Part shown: piece by piece, positions 24,520-37,374 of the stretch
Numbering within the stretch: position 1 is the first letter of the stretch
Layout of the letters: each line of letters opens with the position of its first letter
Source of the DNA: Eledone cirrhosa
Lineage: Eukaryota
Reading direction: 5' to 3'
NCBI GenBank assembly: GCA_964016885.1
Contig: OZ024742.1
Location: 93,310,001-93,374,000 of the forward strand
Length of the DNA stretch: 64,000 nt
Notes under the pieces: model-generated
Database searches by the model: none
Told to the model about the DNA's origin: nothing
What the model saw: only the letters and a program-made list of their open reading frames with translations
Made by a program: the position numbers and the translations under genes

Positions 24520-26900
24520 TAACTAGGCAGGCAGAATTTGTCAGGAGGAGAAATTTATTGAAAGTTCATTCTTTACAATGTTTCTGTACAATATCTGTCT
24601 ACTTGCACTGACTGCAAATTCCATGCTTAATCACATGCATTACATACCATATTTATCATAAATACTCTGTTATCTTCTTGGAAACTGCATCACAACCTCT
24701 TTAACTGAATGTTTACCATATGCCTTGCAAGGAACATGATGAGAAAAATATTTGGTAAGCAATCTTCCATAAATATCCAAGGGTTTAGAGTACTCAGTCT
24801 GTGGGACGAGTTATGTATAATCAGTTCACAAAAGAGGCATTATGCAGATACTCAAGTTATATATATCATCACCGTCCCCATTTAATGTTTACTTTCCATG
24901 CTTGCATAGGCTAGATGACTGTCACGTGTTGAGGCATGATCAATCAGGTGATTAGGTCTGCTCATATGTTTTGTTTTGGCTTGGTTTCTACAGCTAGACA
25001 CCCTTCCTAATGCCAACCACTTTACAGTGTGTATTTGGAAATTTTATCATGACACGGTCACTACCAGTTTTACATGGTGGGTGTGTGCTTTTGTTGTGAC
25101 ACGAGTACTATCCCAGGAAGCATTGGTGGGGGCTGGGGATATATATATATATATACATATACAGCCAGTATCAAATTTAAATGTATTTTACTTGATATTT
25201 AAGACAGAAAGGAAGAATGAATGGAGACATACAATATAGAGGATCACTAGGAGTTCCTGAAAGATAATATGCTGAAGGTGACAAATGAGATCTGTGGCTG
25301 GAGAAGAAAAGTGAAAGAGGTGGATTAGTAAGGAGGATGAAACAATTAAAGTCAAGAGACAGGTATAGAAAGCATGGCAGAATGGAGGAAGCAGTGAACA
25401 TAACCAAGAAGCTAGCAGAAAAGCTCGGTGACAATATACTTTGCAAGGATGGAAGCAGAAAAAAAGTTCTGTTTCACCAAATAATTAGTTTATCTAAAAA
25501 AAAAAATTAATTTACATAGCATCCAATACACTCTCTAAATTCTCTCAGTACAGTCTGTATACTGGTTTGTGTTTGGAAGAGACTCCAGTCATAGAAACCA
25601 TATGGATAGCATGAGTAAAATGAATCTTTCTGACTCAACTAGTCTCAGAATATCATAATCTATTTAACCCTTGGCTACATAGAAAGCAAACATGAAATGG
25701 TGATGATAATCATGTTGATGCAGTCCCCATCACTTTCTCACTTCAAATGGTTGTTATTGAAATTAGCAAATAATGACTCACTATTTCTGGTGGAAGGAAA
25801 TTTATTGACATCAATATTGGTCTAATTATATAATTTCCTGTATATTTAGAAAATCTTACATTCACAAGAAGTAGAGTCTTTTGTTCTTGCAAGATGAAAT
25901 GAGATTCTTCAAAGAATGGAGTAAAATAGTGCTTTTTCATTAGAATGTTGGGCAAAATGTCTTTCAGTGTTCTGGCTCATAATATTCTGAGTTCAAATAT
26001 TGCTGAGGACAACCTTGCTTTTCAAACTTTCAGGTGGTTCATAAATAAAACACCTGTTTTGAAGTAAGGGTAGGGGAGGATTGTTAAAGTGTTGAATGGG
26101 CTGTTTGTCAGTATTTCTTTCAGTACTGTGCAGTCTGAGTTCAAATCCTGCCAAGTTCAACTTTGTCTTTCATCCTTTCTGGGTCAACAAATAAAGTATT
26201 ATTTTAGGAACAGTGATTTGACAGAATTGTTAAAATGCTGGAGAGAATGTATTTGCTCCAGCTCAGTACATCTTGAACTCAAATCTTGCCTCGTGATATT
26301 GGAAAAGCTACAACACTTCTGACAGTAATTGCAAATGACTGATAATACCAGCGATGGAAAGACCAATGAAAACATAGTTTCATTGGTCTGATCAGATGAT
26401 CTACTACTTTCCTTTCATCTAGAAAATGGTCCTCTTCTTTTCTTTTTCTCTTAATATCATTAACGATTTGGTGGTATGTATCCACCAACACATACATAAT
26501 TTCTTATTAATATTAGTACTTTCTTTCTACATTTGTACTATACTAGTTCTATTGAATGTACCTAGAATTTTAATTTTAATTTTGTTTTATATCTGTATAT
26601 CTGGAAGCACTCCAAGACAAGTTAGATTGAGATTATTAATGTGTTGCTTAGTCTTTTGCAAGCTGAAGTCTAAATTAAAGACCTAAGTAGATAGAGAATT
26701 CTATAGGGTTGACATTTTACAGCCATTTTCCTTGCTGTAGCAGAGAAAATAGTTTTAAAACGCTTAGTGTTTCGTGTAAATATATTGTTGGATATTGAGA
26801 AATGATAAATTTCATTCTCTATTTCTGCTTATATTTATTGGTGATATTAAAATGTCATGACTATGAAATAATCACCAAGGAGATATACCAGAAAATCCTG
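24520..26900 (-). mobile_element. Possible very old, fragmented Penelope-like element
   Basis: Remnant peptides RPILMSINFLPPEIVSHYL (RT fingers-like) and RLSTLNP (GIY-YIG end-like), plus a hammerhead-like GAAACATTGTA near 24575. It is interrupted by SINE/RTE pieces. Confidence 0.3.
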
Positions 26901-27189
26901 GACAAAAGAAATAAAATAGAAAAAAATAATAAAACGTAGAAAACAAAATAGAACTGAAATCATTCAAAAGAGTAGAGGAAAAAATTTAGAAATGTAGACA
27001 TAACAAATATATACACACACACACATATATATATATATATATCATCATCATCATCATCATCGTTTAACGTCTATCTTCCACGCTAGCATGACAAACATAT
27101 ATATATATATATATATTGATGGTGTCCCAGCATGGCCTCAGCCTGGTGGCTGGAACATGTAATGGAGTAATATGTGTGTGTGTTTAGGT

Positions 27190-27226
<37 letters not shown>

Positions 27227-27344
27227 AGGATAGAACAAGTTTAAAACTAGTTAATCCATTACTCAAATGAGTACTCAATACTAAGTGTAGTAGAGCATGG
27301 CTATATTATAAAGTGTCAGGACCCAAATATAGATTTATATATAT

Positions 27345-28147
27345 AAAGGCAGGTTGTACGATGCCTGCATACGAACAGCAATGTTGCATGGTAGTGAGAC
27401 CTGGGCATTGTGTGCAGAGGATATACGCAGACTAGAGAGGAACGAAGCTTGCATGCTCCGCTGGATGTGTAACAGTAATATACGTGAACGGCAAAGCATA
27501 AACGAACTAAGGAAAAAATTAGAGATAAGAGGGATCAGATGTTGTTTACTCGAGAGAAGGCTGCGTTGGTATGGACACGTGATGCGCATGAAAGTCGATA
27601 GCTGTATTACAAAGTGCAGGGCAATAAAGATAGACGGTAGCCACGGAATAGGCAGACCTAGAAAAACATGGGATGAGCTGATAAACTCCGACCTCACACA
27701 CTTACACCTCTCCAAGACAATGTCACTGGACCGTGACCTTTGGCGGTACTCAGTAACAGAGAAGACCCGCCTTGCCAGTAGGCATCTCTAACAAACTACA
27801 CCCCGTCCCGCCACCACCCCCACCCCATCCACACCACCCCGTTCTATGTAAAGTTATGTTGGTGCCGCGCCATCCGGGCCGAAACAAATGAGATCGTGTA
27901 GGTGTCACGACAAAAAAACACACAGTCCACGCTGTAATGTGGCCGTGTAGGCAACACGGTAAAAACCTCCCAGACCCACACTGTAAATGTGGTTGGTGTT
28001 AGGAAGGGCATCCAACTGTAGAAAACCTGCCAGACAGTCCTATGCGAGCAAGACAATCACTCTTGCCTCAAGTGGGACTACCCCCGTCCAAACCCATGCA
28101 AGCGTGGAACACGGACGTTAAACGTTGATGATGATGATGATGATGAT
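27345..28147 (+). mobile_element. 5'-truncated RTE-clade LINE
   Basis: ORF 27354-27791 (AMLHGSETW, RRLRWYGHVMR, GRPRKTW), 3' UTR and (GAT)n tail. Confidence 0.9.
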
Positions 28148-28231
28148 AGGTACGTTATTCTGGGTTGAATCGGAGTTAACCACAGTAAGGTACTCAATAC
28201 ATAGCAGAGTATAACAGTTTTAATATAGATG

Positions 28232-28282
28232 AGATCCTACAGGACTAGAACTGTTTCATTCTTTAGAAATCATCAGGAATCT
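28232..28282 (-). ncRNA. Compact, intact type I hammerhead ribozyme in a probable PLE pseudo-LTR fragment (~28150-28400)
   Basis: Minus strand: AGATTC-CTGATGA-t-TTC-taaa-GAA-t-GAAA-CAG-ttctagtc-CTG-TA-GGATCT. Confidence 0.78.
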
Positions 28283-28399
28283 GGGTATCCAAAAATAAAA
28301 GTGGTATATATAGGTTTTTCAGGTGGTAGGAGAGGGTGGGGAGTGGGATGGGTAGAGGTCATTGGTTGATAGAAAAGGGAATTCATTAAAAGTTTCATA

Positions 28400-29185
28400 C
28401 AACTTAGAAGACCTCATATCTTATGTTAACAAAAATGAGCCAAAACAACTAGATGATCAAAAAGCAGTATATAACATTATACTTTAGTCAACTACACAGC
28501 AGAAGGATCACCTATTTTTCATTGATGCTCCTGGTGGAACTAGTAATACATTCTTCATAATCCAATTGTTGTCTAAAATTTGGCAAGACCAAAAGATAGC
28601 TTTAGCAGTTGCTTCATCTGGAATTACTGCTACACTTGTACCTGGTGGTTGGACAGTTCATTCTGCTTTCAATTTGGACTTGGGCTTCAGTGAAATGTCT
28701 GTGTGTCAAATAAAGAAGAACTCGGGAACTGCCCATGTAGTGCAAAGATATGTGGCAATTTTCGGGGATGTATGCACAATGGCATATAGGCATGCTTTGG
28801 AGACCTTGGACAGAACACTGAAAGATATCCAGAACTGCACAACAATCATGGGAGGTATCATTGCCATTTTCATCCGGTGACCTCTGGCAAACTTTATCTG
28901 TCATATCAAAGAGGACCCATGCTGATGAAATTCGAGCTTGCCTAAAATCGTCGACTTTATGGCTACACATTACCAAACTCAATTTAACAACCAACATGTG
29001 GGCACAAATTAACGGTAACAGCAGTTGTTCAAAGTTTGTGCGAAAACTTCTGAAACTTGGTGAAGGAAAAATATCCCTTGATACACAAGGATGTATTGAT
29101 CCTTCATCAATTTGTACTGATAGCTTAATTAAACAAGTGTTCCCCAATTTTGAAATCCACCATTCCAATGAGGTGCCTCTGCTAG
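28400..29185 (+). pseudogene. Helitron PIF1-family helicase remnant fused to a Helitron-like 3' terminus
   Basis: Motifs IDAPGGT, AVASSGITATL.PGG.TVHSAF, ALETLDRTLKDI, GDLWQTL and RACLKSS. Ends in ggtgcctctgCTAG|T, like 21880-21894. Confidence 0.82.
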
Positions 29186-29210
29186 TATATATATATATAT
29201 ATATATAAGA

Positions 29211-31195
29211 CAGGCAAAGCAGCTGGGCCTTCAGAGATAGTTGCTGAGATGTTGAAGGCATCTGGAATGGTGGGACATAATATGGTCACCCGTATAGCTA
29301 ACCAAGTAATACAGAATGGGGTCATACCAAAAGACTGGCGTAGCATCATCATCATTAACTGCTACAAGGGTAAAGGAGATGCTCTAGATAGAAGAAAATA
29401 TAGAGGCATTAAGTTAGTTGACCAGGTCATGCAGGTCACAGAAAGAGTAATAGCGCAACTAATCAGAGAGCGAATTGATCTAGATGAAATGCAGTTTGGG
29501 TTTGTGTCAGGTAAAAGTACCACAGACGCTCTTTTCCTTGTACGACAACTACAAGAGAAGTACCTAGCTAAAAGTAAACCCCTCTACTTAGCTTTTGTAG
29601 ACCTGGAAAATCCTTTGACAGAGTCCCCCGCTCCATTATCTGGTGGGCTCTTAGAAAACTAGGTGTAGATGAATGGCTTGTCAGAGCTATACAAGCTATG
29701 TATAATGAAACAGTCAGTAAGGTTAGAATTAACAATGAATATTATGAAGAATTATTATTGCCCTTCAGGCTATAACAGAGGAGTTCAAGACCGGCTGCCC
29801 ATAGGAACTCCTATACGCAGATGATCTAATGCTCATAGCTGAATCAATGGCTGAACTAGAAAAGAAATTCCAAACATGGAAGCATGACCTAGAATCAAAA
29901 GGCCTTAAAGTTAACTTGTCTAAGACTAAAGTCCTAGTTTGTAGAAAGGAAAATAAGGCACGGGTACCCTCAGGGAAATGGCCTTGCTCAGTGTGTAGGA
30001 AAGGAGTAGGAAGAAATTCAATTTTATGTCCCAAATGCAAAGTATGGGTACATAAAAGATGTAGTGGGATCACAGGTAAACTATCTAAGAACGTAGACTT
30101 TATATGTGGCTGATGCTCAGGTGCAATAGGTAGCAAGTGTCCACAGGATACTAGCCGCTTCCATTGCCCAGATGGTTCTATAGAAATAGTAGACACTTTC
30201 CGTTACCTGGGTGACGAAATCAGCAGTGGTGGAGGGTGTTTTGAAAGTACAGTAGCCAGAGTCAGAAAGGGATGGAAAAAGTTCAGAGAGCTTATACCGC
30301 TGTTGGCCACAAAAGGTTTCTCTCTAAAAATGAAAGGCAGATTGTATGATGCTTGTATACGAACAGCAATGCTACATGGCAGTGAGACATGGGCATTGCG
30401 TGCAGAGGACCTGCATAGACTGGAAAGGAACGAAGCATGCATGCTTCGTTGGATGTGTAATAGTAATATAGGTGAACTGCAAAGCATAAATGAACTAAGT
30501 GAGACATTAGGAATAAGAGGGATCAGATGCTGTTTACTCGAGAGAAGACTACGTTGGTATGGCCACGTGATGCGCATGAAAGACGACAGCTGTATAAAAA
30601 AAGTGCAGGGCGGTCAAAATTGATGGTAGTTACGGCGTAGGTAGACTCAGAAAAACCTGGGACGATCTGATAAATTCCCACCTTACACACTTGCACCTCT
30701 CTAAGACAATGTCACTAGACTGAGATCTTTGGTGCTACGCAGTAATACAGAAGAACCGCCTTGCCTATGTACAAAGTGAAACCTACAGTCAGTAGGCACC
30801 TCTTAACCAAATATACACCCAAATCCACTACCCCTACTCTATCCTCCCACTCCCACCAACACCACCCTCTCTCTATAAAGTTGGTACCACAACATCTAGT
30901 CCAAATAAATGAGATAAATGAGATCGAGATCGAGATCGTGTAGGTGTCACGAGAAAAAAACACACAGTCCACGCTGTAATGTGGTCGTGTAGGTAACACG
31001 GTAAAAAGTTCCCAGTTCCACACTGTAAATGTGATTGGTGTTAGGAAGGGCATCCAGCCGTAGAAAACTTGCCAGATAGTCCTATATGAGTGAGGCACGG
31101 TCACCGACCAACCTTGCCTCAAGTGGGACAACTCCCGTCTAACCCATGCTAGCGTGGAAAGTGGACGTTAAACGAGGATGATGATGATGATGATA
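29211..31195 (+). mobile_element. 5'-truncated RTE-clade LINE (RT, PHD-like finger, C-terminus, 3' UTR)
   Basis: YKGKGD...YRGIKL, QFGF, STTDA, AFVDLE, LLYADDL, WPCSVC...HKRC and a (GAT)n tail. It has stops and an internal deletion. Confidence 0.9.
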
Positions 31196-31200
31196 TATAT

Positions 31201-31543
31201 ATCATCATTATCATCATCATTTTATGTCCACTTTTCCCTGCTTGCAAGGGTGGGACGGGAACTGATTCTGGCTTGATTTCTACAGCCGGATGCCCTTCCT
31301 AACACCAACCTCATTTACAGTGAGTGCTGGGTGCTTTTTTTCCATGGCGCCTACAAGTCCACTTTGCAGTGGAATGATATGGACCCCAGTCCCTATCATC
31401 TCATTTCTACAGCTGAGTAAACTGGAGCAATGTAAAATAAAGTGTCTTGCTCAAGGAAACAACACATCACCGGGTCTGAGAATTGAACTCACAACCTTTC
31501 GATTGCAAGGCCAATGCTCTAACCACTAAGCCACGTGCCTCCA
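31201..31543 (-). mobile_element. CORE-type SINE family B
   Basis: Near-identical to 19362-19741. Confidence 0.85.
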
Positions 31544-32307
31544 TCTATATATATAGTGTTGTTTTGCCTCAATCAAGTCTGATTGAGTAGATGAAAGACA
31601 TTTCAGTTATGGCCCTCTTGTTGTTTTAGATAAATCTAGGACTACCTTATCTAATATATGCTTTTCATAAATAAGATGGTTGGGTGTTAAGTTAAGAAAG
31701 ATTTGAATGCTATTTCTAGCAGGTAAAGTGAGCATTTAAAGGTGCACTTATTGACTAAATTATATACAAACACATAATAGTTCAGTACATTGTATCCTTG
31801 CATGCCATACAATACAACTAAAGGGATTGGCACTAAGAAGGGTATCAGTAAAACATTGCCTCAAACAGGATCCCATGATGAGTAAGAAACCTACTGCAGG
31901 GTTGACAGGGCTAACCTCTGCTGTAATTGTGAGAATGACCTAAAATAATTGTTGTTATAGTATTATCTGACTCTACGGAATTATTTTCATCACTCACTTC
32001 TTTGAGGATTACTTCAGTGTATGAAATCCTGTGTAATGAGAAGTAAAGTAGCTTGAACTAATATATACAAATAAGTTACTAAGGTAACAAAGTTCTTTTT
32101 ACTTTATTCATAAATGTTAATTTGCATGAAACTAAATTATTTCAGCATCAGACACACACACACATGCACACACAAATATATGCGCAGAGAAGACAAAAAA
32201 ATAAACAAATAAATAAATAAATAAACAGAGTAAATAAAGATGGCGTAGGCATACAATGCAACGGGAGGAACACATAATAGCACCACTGACGATGTTACAG
32301 ATGTGCG

Positions 32308-32462
32308 TAGGAGAAAGAGAGAAAGGGAAAGGGGTAGAAAGAAAGATGATGTTATATATAATATTTATATATATATATATATATACAAACATATATATAT
32401 ATAAATATTATATATAACATCATCTTTCTTTCTACCCCTCTCCCTATCTCTCTTTCTCCTTT
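32308..32462. repeat. Inverted repeat with ~70-bp arms around a TA tract
   Basis: aggagaaagagagaaagggaaaggggtagaaagaaagatgatgttatatataatattta pairs with its reverse complement with two mismatches. Confidence 0.8.
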
Positions 32463-32515
32463 ACTCATTCTCTCTCTCTCTATATATATTATATTATATT
32501 AAATATATATATACA

Positions 32516-32606
<91 letters not shown>

Positions 32607-32610
<4 letters not shown>

Positions 32611-33251
32611 GATAGACGTAAAATAAGAAAATTATAAAAATTAACTTACTTACTAAAATTTCACTCCAACTAATTAGTTTCTGAAAGGGAATAAACATAG
32701 TTTCCGGAGAAACGTACGGAGAAGCCTTTTGTCATCAGGGAAGTCTATTCTCAGCTAAGTTTCCAGGCAATACGTGGACACAGGGAACTTATACAAAAAT
32801 AATAGTCTTCTTAACAAACCACTCTTCACTGATTGACCTCGATGTCACGTGATTGATTCTTTTGAATTTGTCACCGACGCAGTAGGCAGTGATTTTTTCA
32901 ATGGCTTGGAACTTAGTCCACGCTTTTCTTTTTTCCATCCACTGAATTATTTTTGTATAAGTTCCCTGTGTCCACGTATTGCCTGGAAACTTAGCTGAGA
33001 ATAGACTTCCCTGATGACGAAAGGCTTCTCTGTAAGTTTCTTCGGAAACTATGTTTATTCCCTTTCAGAAACTAATTAGTTGGAGTGAAATTTTAGTAAG
33101 TAAGTTAATTTTTATAATTTTCTTATTTTACGTCTCTCATATTATTGTTCTGCATCCCCATGCATTGAACCACAAAGTTACTAAGACAAAACCTATATAT
33201 TTGCTGGCATAGGTATGCATCTGTATATATATGTTAGTAGATATACTAATT

Positions 33252-33255
<4 letters not shown>
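32607..33255 (+). mobile_element. PLE-type terminal fragment: inverted pseudo-LTR arms 32607-32803 / 32946-33142
   Basis: ~197-bp arms with about 5 differences and a 142-bp spacer. Both arms hold a hammerhead core, and the element is flanked by (TA)n. Confidence 0.8.
33007..33085 (+). ncRNA. Type I hammerhead ribozyme with 50-nt stem II (mirror copy on the minus strand at ~32664-32742)
   Basis: TTCC-CTGATGA(33011-17)-c-GAAAGG...CCTTTC-a-GAAA(33068-71)-CT-AATT-AG-TT-GGAG. Confidence 0.75.
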
Positions 33256-33287
<32 letters not shown>

Positions 33288-33339
33288 CGCCAATGAATTA
33301 GTTTTGCGAGGTTTTTGATATGAAATCGTGTGACGAAAC

Positions 33340-36300
33340 AAATATTGTTATACTTGGGGAGGGTCATATTTGTGTAATAATATTGCCAGAATTAATAACA
33401 GAACACACTCACTGTTTGGTTGGTTTTCACTTCTGTGTCTTTTATATCGGTTAATTTAATTTATTCGGTCCCCAATGTTACCATTGACTGACCAACGGTC
33501 AAAAATACAGATACAATATAGACACAAACACATATATATAGTCTAACAAAGTTCTTTCGTTGCACATCTGCAACATCGTCAGTGGTGCTATTATGTGTTT
33601 CTCCCGTTGAATTGTATGCCTACGCCATCTTTATTTACTCTGTTTATTTATTTGTTTATTTTTTTGTCTTCTCTGCGCATGCGTTTGCGTGTGTGTATAG
33701 TGTTTTGTTTGATGTGTGTTCGTGTTTGGGTGACTGTGTATTGGTTATTGTATTCTATCTTAGTTTACTAGTGTGTGTTTATATGTGTTTGTTGTTATTG
33801 TGCTTGTGTATGTATTTATTTATTTATTTATACTTCTCTTAGGTCAATGTTGTTTGTTTGGGTGTTGTTGTTATTCCATTCATTTTTTCTGTTTAGCCTT
33901 GGCCTTCTAAGTTCTATTTCGCTGACCTCTCTGATTTTCCATAGCTACTGGGTCATTTCTATGTTTGGATATTATTCTAATTTCTATGTTGTCTATGTTA
34001 CCGCCGTGTTGTTGTCTGGCATGTTCGTATAGTACTGAAGCGTTTTTTCGTCCTTTTACTTCCCCCCAGTGTTGGTCTATCCTTTCACCTATGCTACGAG
34101 CTGTCTAGCCTATGTATGTTGTTGTCATGTTTCTGCAAGTACCCTCTGTACATCTTATGCTATAGACTACGTTTCTAGTTTTACAGTTTATCCGGTGGTT
34201 TACTTTACATATGATACATTTCCTATTAGTACAGTGGGTTTTCTTAAAAGGGTAGGTTTTGCTGATAAAGGATTTTATGGTGGTTCCTGGCTTTTCTACC
34301 ACCTTAATCTTTAAGTGGGTCTTTCTCAGGGCCTTTCTACACTGGTTAGCTAATTTCCCTCCAGGGGTAGCGTCCACAAACATGACACTCTGGTATCTCT
34401 GGTTGTTGTACCATGAGGTGGCTTTCCCTATCTTATGTCTAGTGCTATCTAAGCTATTCCATGATTTGCTCCTGTAAAATGGGCAAATTCCTTTCATGTC
34501 CAGTTCTATGAGGGTCTTATACTTCTCCGTGGCTCCTTCGTATACTCTGATTCTGTCTTTTTGGTTGTAGCCAGAGAATTGCATGTGGTTGATGAAGTGT
34601 TGGATGTGTCTTTCCATTTCTGTTGGGTCGCACATGCGGGACACGCTCTTCATCACTCGTACCAAGTCTGCAATCAGAATATTAAACTTAGCACTACTGG
34701 ACATTGCTGAGTTTTTGAGTATCAGGTGTTTGGAGGCCATGGGTTTAACTTAGTGTGAGTGGAGAATTTGGGCTCTCTCGTCTATAGTGTTAATCCAGAG
34801 TTCCGTGTCTAATACAGGTAGTCTATTGTTAGGGCGTTTGGAAGGGTAGTCGATAGTTACAGTTATACTCTGGTGTATGGAATTAGCTATCTGCTGGATG
34901 CTTTCCATTGTGCTACGTTCTAAATCAAACTTGTTAGTGCTCACTTATGGGGATGTCTTTATTACTATATTGATGTCGTCTACGTAACGAGAGTACATAA
35001 TGAGGTCTATGGAGCTCTCATCAAGGAGATCTTTGAGTCTCCTTTTCCACCATACCATAAAAGGGTTGGCAACGTCATCAGCTTTGCTGACGCCAATGGC
35101 TGCTCTCTCATTTTGGGTGTAGATCTTCTCGTTGAATTTGAAAATGTGGCCCTTTAGGGTAGTTTTGATACTAGCCCCTATTGCATGTGCGACCATTTTT
35201 CTTATCTGATCATTGTTTTGGGGGATCCGTGTAGCTTTGGTCCACCAAATACACCTTCCTATGGGAGTCTTTTTTGCCATTGAGGTTATGGTGGGGGTCT
35301 ACCTCTTATGGGGCTACTGGGGCAGAAACGTCTAAGGTCATGGCTGTCTAGGTAGTCAGTGTCGTAGGTAAGTCTAAGTAGGAGGCCCAGTTCGTCTGTG
35401 TCGACGTCGCAGAACTCCACCTCACTCTCAATGATCATCTCCACACATTGTTCCACAACAAAATCAATGTTAATGGATGGGTACAGTGATACCACATCCA
35501 TGCTGCCTATTATGCAGTTGGATAGGTTCCTGTTTTTGTTGCACTCATTGATTCTGCTGAGGAGGTCCTCTGTACTGTCACATACATCTGGGGACATCTT
35601 GATTATGGGGCGTATAACCATTGAGAGGAAGTAGGAGATCCTGTAGTTGCTAGCTATATTTGCTCCGTATACAGGTCTTGTTGGTGGTCCTGTTGTTGGG
35701 TCGTCGACTGTCTTGTGGTCTTTGCGGAGCCCATACAAGAGTGGTATGCCATTGTTAGACGCCTGGAAGTTGTTGGCAGTGCGTCTGCTTGGCTTTAGAA
35801 TGTCGGTCCACATCATCATGTGAGTGTTGAGGATTTTCTCTCTCCCATCATGTATTTGCTGTGCAATTTCGCTTGTGTTGGTGATGTGGGGTTGCATAGC
35901 CTTGATGTAGTTTGGTATGTTGTCTATTGACATCCTACCAGACTTATCTGTGGGTAGACATACTACCTCACCATCCCTTGTGCACTGCTTGAGGCTAACC
36001 AAGCCTTCTACAGGTTTCCTCCCAAGTTGTTGGACCTGTGGTCTGCTCTGTCTCTTAGTATACTGGTCTACTATTTGTCTAACTTATTTCTAGCTATGGT
36101 GAACTGTGCCTCTGTCTCGTCATCTATTTGTTGTGGTATGCAAACCCTTTTATTGAAGGGTAACCTCGTAGGATATATATTACCCATCTTATATGTTTTG
36201 TCAGCTGGGTTGAAGAATAATTTCTCTATTACATTGAGGACCGAATAAATTAAATTAAATTAACCAATATAAAAGACACAGAAGCGAAAACCAACCAAAC

Positions 36301-36366
36301 AGTGAGTGTGTTCTGTTATTAATTCTGGCAATATTATTACACAAATATGACTCTCCCCAAGTATAA

Positions 36367-36370
<4 letters not shown>
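33340..36370 (-). mobile_element. 5'-truncated Penelope-like element (Nematis/Neptune-like) with inverted terminal pseudo-LTR segments
   Basis: 33340-33470 and 36240-36370 are inverted copies. The RT and GIY-YIG frame lies between them, and the element is embedded in (TA)n. Confidence 0.88.
33870..36240 (-). pseudogene. PLE reverse transcriptase + C-terminal GIY-YIG endonuclease, disrupted
   Basis: RT motifs PTDKSG, LYGLRKDHK, RPV, SMDVVSLYPSI, RYVDD and LPVLD. Cys linker CTNRKCIIC, then NVVYSIRC...C...YIG, then *TARSIGERI..H. Confidence 0.88.
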
Positions 36371-36449
<79 letters not shown>

Positions 36450-36466
36450 TGTATATATATACATAT

Positions 36467-36514
<48 letters not shown>

Positions 36515-36529
36515 TGTATATATATATAC

Positions 36530-36573
<44 letters not shown>

Positions 36574-37209
36574 TAGAAAGGATGAATATAAAATGAAAGT
36601 GCTTTTTTTAAAAAAGGAATTTATTAGGTATTGACATATGTTTCTGTAACAGACGGAATACCTATGTATCGCTGCTTGCGTAATCATATAATGTTAGCAA
36701 GTATTCGATAGCAAATGTATAATCAGTTGAGATTAAAACAAGTAGAGATTAAAATTGGCACTCCCAAAATTCTTATTTAGATTTACTCATGGTATTCTCA
36801 TTAGAAACCCATTATATACTTGTTTAGCAGTAAATTAATTTACCATCTGTCATATACTATCCCCTCTGTTTCTTCCTCTATTACTAATATAAATACTTCA
36901 ATCTTTCTGATTTTATCCAGTTTATCCAAAATCTCTGAAGAAGTGACAACTGATTATACATTTGCTATCGAATACTTGCTAACATTATATGATTACGCAA
37001 GCAGCAATACATAGGTATTCCGTCTGTTACAGAAACATATGTCAATACCTAATAAATTCCTTTTTTAAAAAAAGCACTTTCATTTTATATTCATCCTTTC
37101 TACATTTTCTCCGGAATATAATTTATACTCGTTGAGCAAACCTGCACGTACGCTGTTCATCTCTAACGTAATGATATATTATCACTACATTATTGATAAC
37201 CTGAAATTT

Positions 37210-37210
<1 letters not shown>
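36574..37210 (+). mobile_element. PLE-type terminal fragment: inverted arms 36574-36729 / 36947-37102 with a hammerhead core
   Basis: 156-bp arms with ~1 mismatch. CTGAAGA (36935-41), a 90-nt insert closed by GTGACA/TGTTAC, then GAAAC-ATAT-GTC (37032-43). Stem I is poor. Confidence 0.72.
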
Positions 37211-37259
<49 letters not shown>

Positions 37260-37374
37260 TATATATATTATGTCTTCTTGTTTTTCAATAACAATAAATT
37301 ATTCAAACCTACATTTATTTAATTATTCAGGAAAACATATCTTAGACATCATCATTATTAATAAATAAAGAAAG

